From a virus: a stretch of 64,000 nucleotides of DNA. The notes below the pieces were generated by a model. That model saw nothing but the letters and a program-made list of their open reading frames with translations, was not told the DNA's origin and did no database searches. Both the position numbers and the translations under genes were made by a program. Positions 57,452-64,000 of this stretch are shown here, piece by piece (the stretch's first letter is position 1; each line of letters opens with the position of its first letter). Where the stretch lies: the IMG/VR virus record IMGVR_UViG_3300025015_000010, positions 1 to 64,000 of that record. The stretch is one strand, 5' to 3'.

Positions 57452-59467
57452 TTGATAGTTCTTGCGTCCGTAGAGTACATTATTAAAAGAGAAGATAGAA
57501 AGCCGTTTGTAACTCACAGGTTTGAACTAGGGCCAGCATCAGTAGCTAGAGTACGTGGTACATCTTACGAATTTGGCTTCGACGGCTTTGGAGAAGCAGT
57601 TTATTATAGAACCTACTCAAGGCCAAAAGCAGACGGCACACAGGAGGATTGGCACGACACGGTTATCAGGACTGTGAACGGCGTGATGAGTATACGCAAG
57701 GATTGGTATATGAAGAATTATCTGCCTTGGGAAGACGCTTATTGGCAAGAGTTCGCCGAGAAGATGGCCATCTATTTTGTGCAGATGAAGTGCATGCCAC
57801 CAGGTCGTGGGCTAGCCGTTATGGGCACCGATTTCGTGTATGAGCGCGGATCTATGGCCCTTTTTAATTGCGGCGCCAGTAAAACGGATCACCTGTCGTA
57901 TGATTGTAATTGGATTATGGACGCTTTGATGTGCGGAGTCGGCGTGGGTTTTGGAGCGACGTCTGAACCTGTGTCCATGTCTGCTCCTAATGGGAAGCCT
58001 TATACTTTTGTGATACCTGATAGCCGAGAAGGCTGGGCAGAGTCTGTAGAACGTCTGATATTAGCATATGAGACAGGCACAAACCCAGTAAGATTTGATT
58101 ATTCAGATTTACGCCCGAGTGGGTCACAAATAAAGGGGTTTGGTGGAATTGCGTCTGGCCCAGAACCATTGATTAAACTCCACGATAGAGTGACACAGTA
58201 TCTCGATAAGTTTATCAGCGGTGAGACATCCAGTCTGAGGATGAAAGCCGACATTATCAATGCATTAGGTTGCTGCGTGGTAGCCGGTAATGTGCGTAGG
58301 TCGGCTGAGATTATGTTAGGTTCGGCGGATGACAAAGAATTTTGGGATTTGAAAAATTACGAGCTACATCCAGAGCGCGAAGAGATCGGTTGGATGAGTA
58401 ATAATTCAGTAGCTTTGAGTAATTCCGATGATTTTTCTAAGATACCAATGATTGCAAAAAGGATTAGGGCTAATGGCGAGCCCGGTTTTGTTAACCTGAA
58501 GAATGTACAGAAATTTGCAAGGTTTGGCAGGCACTCTTCAGACAAGGCGGATTGCATAAATCCTTGCGGCGAGATACCTTTGGAGAATAAAGAGCTATGC
58601 AATTTGTTCGAAACATACCCTTCAAGGTGTGCGGATGACAATGAATTTTTTCAGGCACTGAAGTTCGGAGCATTCTACACTCAGACCGTATCGTTATTGC
58701 CTACACACAGGCTTGACACCAACAAAATTATTGCCAGAAATAGGCGCGTCGGTATCTCGATTAGTGGCGTCGCCGATTGGAGCGCTACAGTTACGCACGT
58801 CAAAATGACTAAGACTCTTCGCGAGGGATATGCACTGGTCAAAGAAGAGAACGAGAATTTGGCGCGAGACGCTGGAGTATCACCGTCGATAAGATTAACT
58901 ACGATCAAACCAAGTGGCACGGTCTCACAATTAGCCGGGGTGTCTCCAGGTATGCACTTTCCTACATTTAAGTATGCTATACGGCGTATGCGAGTCGCTC
59001 AGAATAGCCCGATAGCTAAAGTTTTAAGAGACGCAGGCTATAACTCTGAGAAGGACGTAAGCTCGGATAATACTGACGTGTTTGACTTTGTAATAAATCA
59101 GGGAAGGTCGCGCCCCGCCACCGATGTGAGTATGTGGGAACAGGCCATGATGTTAGTTATGCTTCAGCGTGAGTGGGCTGACAACGCGGTGTCCTGTACT
59201 ATTTATTTTGATCCAGAGAAGGAAGGCGGCCAGTTAGAGCATATGCTTGCTGAGATAGCTCCTCTAGTGAAGTCAGTGTCAGTACTTCCTCACACGCAGC
59301 ACGGCGTATATAAACAGGCTCCTTATGAAGGAATTACTTACGAGGAATATTTGGAACATAAGAGTAAGTTTCAGCCAATAAACTGGTCGGGAGTTCTGAA
59401 TACCCTGCCCGATCTAGCCGCTACCAAGTTCTGTTCAAATGATACTTGTGAGTTGGTGTCTAAGTGA
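57452..59467 (+). CDS. nrdJ: Class II (adenosylcobalamin-dependent) ribonucleotide reductase
   Basis: PPGRGL, VAGNVRRSA, NPCGEI, TTIKPSGT, C-terminal FC...TC. Confidence 0.92.
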   Translation: MIVLASVEYIIKREDRKPFVTHRFELGPASVARVRGTSYEFGFDGFGEAVYYRTYSRPKADGTQEDWHDTVIRTVNGVMSIRKDWYMKNYLPWEDAYWQEFAEKMAIYFVQMKCMPPGRGLAVMGTDFVYERGSMALFNCGASKTDHLSYDCNWIMDALMCGVGVGFGATSEPVSMSAPNGKPYTFVIPDSREGWAESVERLILAYETGTNPVRFDYSDLRPSGSQIKGFGGIASGPEPLIKLHDRVTQYLDKFISGETSSLRMKADIINALGCCVVAGNVRRSAEIMLGSADDKEFWDLKNYELHPEREEIGWMSNNSVALSNSDDFSKIPMIAKRIRANGEPGFVNLKNVQKFARFGRHSSDKADCINPCGEIPLENKELCNLFETYPSRCADDNEFFQALKFGAFYTQTVSLLPTHRLDTNKIIARNRRVGISISGVADWSATVTHVKMTKTLREGYALVKEENENLARDAGVSPSIRLTTIKPSGTVSQLAGVSPGMHFPTFKYAIRRMRVAQNSPIAKVLRDAGYNSEKDVSSDNTDVFDFVINQGRSRPATDVSMWEQAMMLVMLQREWADNAVSCTIYFDPEKEGGQLEHMLAEIAPLVKSVSVLPHTQHGVYKQAPYEGITYEEYLEHKSKFQPINWSGVLNTLPDLAATKFCSNDTCELVSK

Positions 59468-60064
59468 TCAAGCCAGAGGAAGACAAAAATGACTATGGCC
59501 TAGAGCCCAGACCGACAAAACCAATCGAAGTTAAATTGAACGGCTGTAAGGATTTAGACTGGCATCTCGAACTTGATGAACAAAATTTTTAGCTGCCTTC
59601 TAGGTAGAAAAGTGGTAGACTTAAGTTAGCGCCCCGCGAGATTCTACCATGTCATGCTTTAATTTAGCCAAGATCAGTTCCCGTGCCAACCGTTCTGGGT
59701 CGCGCTGTAGGTCTAGCGCAGGCTTCCGTTTTGTCCCATTCAGTGCCAAGTTCAATCGGGGATCGCCCTGGAAAGGTCGTTCTATGCTCACCGAGACGCA
59801 GAAAGACACTTTACGCGAATGTCATACGTTAGCTCTGAAATATTTACACAAGGAGTTCACCTATGCAGAGTTTCAGACCCCTCTTGAAGACATGCAACTG
59901 CACATTTTAGGGCTACTTTTGGATCATGATCTAGCAAGCGAAGACGGTAAGACCTTGGATCTAGCATATAAACTAGCAAATATGATGGGTCAGCAGGAGC
60001 CTACTGATTGTGCTAATAGTGTTCATACTTTAGCAAATTATCTAGAACGAGCACTTGGCATTGT

Positions 60065-60847
60065 GTGAACGATTTCAATCTTGAGGCTGTAGTCAACGAT
60101 GTTCGAGTCTCGATTAGCTGTCGAGAGTCAAGCCCAGGTTTTAGCCCTACAGTTATTTTCTTGCATGGATGGTTTGATTCACAAAAAACTTGGGACCTTG
60201 TTGTATCTAAGGTCAAAAATTGCAACGCCGTGACCATTGATTTTCCTGGTTTTGGGAAATCAGAGCCGCTGCCGATAGTTTTGACGACTCTGAGTGTTTA
60301 TTCCAGTATTTTAGTTCAAGTGTTGGAACAGCTACCTAAGCCCAGATATATCGTAGCCCATTCAATGGGAGGGCTGATCCTATATGAAGCTTTGAAAGCT
60401 AGGTTTTTAGCCGAAAAGGTGGTTTTCGTAGGCACGCCTTTTTATGGCGTATCTTGGTTAGCCCGAGCCTCCAGACTGCCTAAGTTACCAAAGATTCTTC
60501 CGTGGCTGTTCAAAAAATGTGTTCGATTAACCCGATGGATTTACTTGCCGCACAATCTTGCGGGGATACCTCTCAGGGCTTACGGAATACAGTCTGCAAA
60601 CTCCAGGACTGTTGTAGACCTATGCTCTCAAGTTGCTAACTATGATAAGCCTTTGGCTCCGCTGGGCATTTCTACGCTTATTGCACGGGGCGAGCATGAG
60701 TGGCTGTTATCCCAGCAGGATATGAGCCGGGCAGCTAGAGAGTTAGATGCCAAGACTTTTGTGTTTACAGGCGCAGATCATAATCCGCAACTCGAACATT
60801 CTGAGATGCTTACGTTAATGCTTGAAAATTTCTTTGAATTGTGTTGA
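60065..60847 (+). CDS. Alpha/beta hydrolase
   Basis: FLHGW, DFPGFGKS, AHSMGG, H.PQLE. Confidence 0.9.
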   Translation: MNDFNLEAVVNDVRVSISCRESSPGFSPTVIFLHGWFDSQKTWDLVVSKVKNCNAVTIDFPGFGKSEPLPIVLTTLSVYSSILVQVLEQLPKPRYIVAHSMGGLILYEALKARFLAEKVVFVGTPFYGVSWLARASRLPKLPKILPWLFKKCVRLTRWIYLPHNLAGIPLRAYGIQSANSRTVVDLCSQVANYDKPLAPLGISTLIARGEHEWLLSQQDMSRAARELDAKTFVFTGADHNPQLEHSEMLTLMLENFFELC

Positions 60848-60878
60848 TTTTCCTGGGCCAAGATAGTATAATCTTGGC
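60844..60878 (+). promoter_or_regulatory. Promoter with a palindromic operator over the -10
   Basis: TTGATT-17-TATAAT; gccaagat-N6-atcttggc. Confidence 0.7.
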
Positions 60879-61100
60879 GTTGAGACAAAAAACTTATGAG
60901 GAGGCGAGACATGTCATGTGATCGTGAAGTTATCAGCATAGTTCGCGGACTGTGGCATTATTATAAGGATGAAATTACGGCATGTCATTCTGTATTGGAC
61001 ACGAAGAAGTTTAGTTGCGGCTTTGGAATTAGCGGCTATGATTTGTTGGTCGCTGCTTCCGGCTTAGGAGTGACAGCATTGAAGATAGAGGAGGCGGACC

Positions 61101-61361
61101 ATGCGTAAAGATCAAGAGAGATTCATCGAAGCGCTTACGGGCTTCGATCTTCGGCTGAATTATTCCGGTCGTAGTATGTATGGTCGGACCTGTCCAGGTG
61201 TAACTGTAGAGGACGCCAGGGAAGTCTACGCTGCTCTGGCCGATTTTGATGCAGATTGTCCTCCGATGGACGATGATCCGACCGCCTCGGATATAATTCG
61301 CAAGTGCCGCGTAGATAACATGGGCCTTGATTTGATTGTGTATCTGCCGTGGTCATCTTAG
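61101..61361 (+). CDS. Phage hypothetical protein (YSGR.MYG..C, DNMG motif)
   Basis: SD gaggagg; conserved-looking motifs. Confidence 0.65.
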   Translation: MRKDQERFIEALTGFDLRLNYSGRSMYGRTCPGVTVEDAREVYAALADFDADCPPMDDDPTASDIIRKCRVDNMGLDLIVYLPWSS

Positions 61362-61761
61362 TAAATGCAGTAACTGCGGTGATCTGTACTATAGCCTGCA
61401 AGAAAAGTACGGACGTTGGCAACAACAAGGCAGCTTTGTTTGTTGCAGTATTGGTAGCTATAAATGTAGTTATCCTGGGTGTTAGCTTGTATAAGACGCT
61501 GTAAGGAGGTATGCCGTGAATTTAACCAGGGAAATAGTTGACGTAGTCGCGGGTGAACACGGTCGTACGTCGTGTTCGGATAAAGATTTGGCTAATAGTT
61601 TTGGCGGCTGGAGCGGGAAGTACAGTCCTGAAACTGGCGCGAAGGTAATTATGTATCCGAGGTGTAATCGGTGCTATTTACTCGCTAATCTTGGGTGTGA
61701 TACTAATGATCTGGAGTTCAAGATGGAAACGTCGTTAGTCTGGGTTGAAAGGTGATCAGTC

Positions 61762-61998
61762 ATGGATAAACTCACATTTGTAGTTTTCAAGCTGTTTATA
61801 ATTTTGATGTTCACCGCAGGCTGTTTTCTGCCGTCGATTCTATATGCAGTGTTCTGGCATCTGGCTAGCCCGGAAGGTTTTTGGCAGAAGATGTTTCTTG
61901 CCGGGCTGGGGGTGTGGTTTTTAGCTGCAACTCAATTTGTTCTTGCAATTGTTTGGATCGCTGGTACAATTTGGTTTGTCCTGTGGGATGGAAAGTAA
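61762..61998 (+). CDS. Small membrane protein
   Basis: Two hydrophobic segments; SD aagg. Confidence 0.6.
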   Translation: MDKLTFVVFKLFIILMFTAGCFLPSILYAVFWHLASPEGFWQKMFLAGLGVWFLAATQFVLAIVWIAGTIWFVLWDGK

Positions 61999-62575
61999 TA
62001 TGTGTACTAACCAGGACGTGGCTACTTTGGTGATGGGCATCGAGCAGATACCGTATGATGTGATGGTCGCTGAAGCAAAGCGAGTGTGGGAAGCCCAGCC
62101 AGCATGTACAAGTTTTCTGCTCGGCTTTGAAGCATACCACTCTGCGGATGGAGATGTGTATCATCAGAGGTTCAGGAATTATCTGGAAGACGCCAAGGCA
62201 GATTTTGAGGTACTTCAGCGTGTTCGAGACGATTGGTCTGAACGAGATCAAGTCGATTTTGTGCTTGAGTTAGCAACGGAATTAGAGTCTAGAGTTTCGG
62301 GTGATAAACTCGAAAATATGTCGCACGCGGGTCTTTTGTTCTATTCGGTAGGTGACTACAGTCATGCAGCCGTGAAAGTAGTAGGCCGCAGGATGGCAGG
62401 GCGCTAGGAAGGATAATCATGCTGTGGGTAAGCTTGGCGGTTAATTGTCTAGGCGTTGGCATATGTGGTGCTTTTGTGTTGCGGCATCGTGGCAAGGATA
62501 AGCTTATGATCGCGCTCGCTATAGGTAATCTTCTTTTTGTTGCTCGTGCAATTGTTCTTTTGAACCAGTGATTTT

Positions 62576-62658
62576 GGCCCAGTGCTGGAATGGCAGACAG
62601 TCAGCATTTAAAATGCTGTGTCCGTAAGGGCGTGTGGGTTCGAGTCCCACCTGGGCTA
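62576..62658 (+). tRNA. tRNA-Leu(TAA)
   Basis: Long variable arm; cagca-tttaaaa-tgctg; gtggg-ttcgagt-cccac. Confidence 0.9.
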
Positions 62659-62668
62659 CTAAATACTA

Positions 62669-62741
62669 GGGACCGTAGCTTAATGGTCAAAGCGTCCCGC
62701 TCATAACGGGTTGAGTACTGGTTCGAGTCCAGTCGGTCCCA
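62669..62741 (+). tRNA. tRNA with CAT anticodon (probably Ile2; elongator Met not excluded)
   Basis: gggaccg/cggtccc acceptor; CTCATAA loop. Confidence 0.85.
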
Positions 62742-62751
62742 CAGAAATCGT

Positions 62752-62828
62752 GTCCCTGTAGCTCAAATGGATAGAGCAAGTCGGTTCTAACGACAAGGTT
62801 GAAAGTTCGAATCTTTCCAGGGATACCA
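62752..62828 (+). tRNA. tRNA-Arg(TCT)
   Basis: gtccctg/cagggat acceptor; GTTCTAA loop; CCA encoded. Confidence 0.85.
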
Positions 62829-62843
62829 AAACGGAGGCAAAAA

Positions 62844-63284
62844 ATGTCGGTAGCAACAAAGGTAGTGAGGGTGGATTCAACTGGCTATTGGAAGCAAGCT
62901 GGTTGGTCTGAAACATGGACGGACATCTGGCTAGCTTGGAAGGATGGTCGTAAGCCGCGTCACGCCTGTCTTACAGTGATGTCCAGGTCCGATATCGAAA
63001 ATGAGATTGCGACCTATGAGTACGGTTTGAAGAGCGGTTCGTTTGATGAAGATACTAAGCAGATATTTCAAACGGATCTGGATCTAAACAAGATGCTGTT
63101 TGAAACTCTGGCTAAGACGGAAATTCACTTTGGCGAGGACAATAGCAACGTCTGGGTGGCAGCAGAGTTTCTCGATAGGAAAGCAATCGAGAAGGCTATT
63201 AGGCTGTATTTTAGCAAGTTTGTGAGTGAGCGGCCGATTCGCATTAAGTGGAAGAAGCCAATTTGTGTTGTCCATAGTAGTTAA
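62844..63284 (+). CDS. Hypothetical protein
   Basis: SD ggagg before ATG (MSVATK..). Confidence 0.6.
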   Translation: MSVATKVVRVDSTGYWKQAGWSETWTDIWLAWKDGRKPRHACLTVMSRSDIENEIATYEYGLKSGSFDEDTKQIFQTDLDLNKMLFETLAKTEIHFGEDNSNVWVAAEFLDRKAIEKAIRLYFSKFVSERPIRIKWKKPICVVHSS

Positions 63285-63612
63285 AGGATATGCATATGGA
63301 CTGGACGCCAGGAAGCGATTTTAGATACGTACTTTCGTGCTTCGTTGCAGTAATACTGTTCGGTATGGCAATCTATGGATCTAGGAGATTTTGAAGTGCA
63401 GCATGATCAAGAATATTGGGAAGAAGTTGGTGATGACCTCTTGGAGCAATCCAGGAGGGAAGTAAAGCCTAAGCTACGCATCAAGGACGGCGCGGGGCTA
63501 AATGCAGATAAGAAGAAGTTGGTCGATATTCGGGCCGGAAAGAAGCACAGAAATAAGGAAAAGAACTTGATTGTTCACGAGGATGACGGTAATATAGGCT
63601 GAGAAAGGAGAA

Positions 63613-63978
63613 GTGGCTATGGGCGTCAGCAAGATTCTCGGCGAAATCGAAATATATCTTGAAAGCACGTTTGCCAACTGTGGAGACAAGATTGTTGTTG
63701 ATGTGCGCCGTACAGTTGTTCGTGGACAGGCCCCGTGGGATTTGTATGTTACGGTTCGTGACGCTACAGAAGATCAATCTGTAGGAATTTTTGCCCGAGA
63801 TTTATTCTGGATTTATCTCGGTGCAGATGAGGCCGGAGCGCCAATATTTAAGCAAGAATGGCCAATGGATATGCCGGACGAGGACGAGAAAGAATTTCGG
63901 TTAGGTGTTGAGAAGATTCTAGCCACGAGCGTCAAGCAAATTCTTAGACACTATGACAAGTATAGGTTTAGGGTTTAA
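63613..63978 (+). CDS. Hypothetical protein
   Basis: SD aggag. Confidence 0.6.
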   Translation: MAMGVSKILGEIEIYLESTFANCGDKIVVDVRRTVVRGQAPWDLYVTVRDATEDQSVGIFARDLFWIYLGADEAGAPIFKQEWPMDMPDEDEKEFRLGVEKILATSVKQILRHYDKYRFRV

Positions 63979-64000
63979 AACTGGAAAGGAAGTTTAGTCG

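Noticed and set aside
59621-59809. Minus-strand 62-aa ORF or ncRNA after the 59616 promoter
   Set aside because: No SD or recognisable motif and no convincing fold; cannot be supported
62701-62916. Minus-strand ORF
   Set aside because: Antisense shadow of the tRNA genes; most other short antisense ORFs inside long genes were dismissed the same way
1-64000. Stop-codon reassignment
   Set aside because: Conserved genes are full length in code 11, all three stops are used, and there is no suppressor tRNA

Overview
This window looks like a 64 kb segment of a large bacteriophage genome (gene-dense, standard genetic code, mostly + strand, no rRNA, no virion structural genes recognised). From left to right it holds five blocks. 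(1) 1-19.7 kb is a replication, recombination and DNA-modification module: family-4 UDG, a Dam-type methylase split by an IS1595 element, a PD-(D/E)XK nuclease, a five-gene paralogue array, an SSB-like protein, an AT-rich putative origin, a primase-like protein, RecQ, two more methylases, PolA, a MazG-ubiquitin-like fusion, HNH, dNMP kinase and RusA. (2) 20-36 kb is a roughly 16 kb glycosylation and sugar-modification island. (3) 40.7-44.9 kb is a dense non-coding-RNA locus around a Ro60/TROVE gene: a promoter-driven orphan copy of an IS607 TnpB right end (omegaRNA) with its own guide, a roughly 258-nt structured RNA with a tRNA-like 3' end, five Y-RNA-like elements (two are circularly permuted tRNA mimics), an initiator-type tRNA with a remodelled anticodon stem, and an RNA with an anti-Shine-Dalgarno loop. 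(4) 46.9-49.0 kb is an intact IS607 (tnpA/tnpB) splitting a zinc-finger gene. (5) 50-64 kb carries host-takeover and nucleotide genes (Apyc1-like anti-Pycsar hydrolase, sigma70, thymidine kinase, class II RNR) and three tRNAs. All calls were made by eye from motifs and base pairing; no database searches were run.
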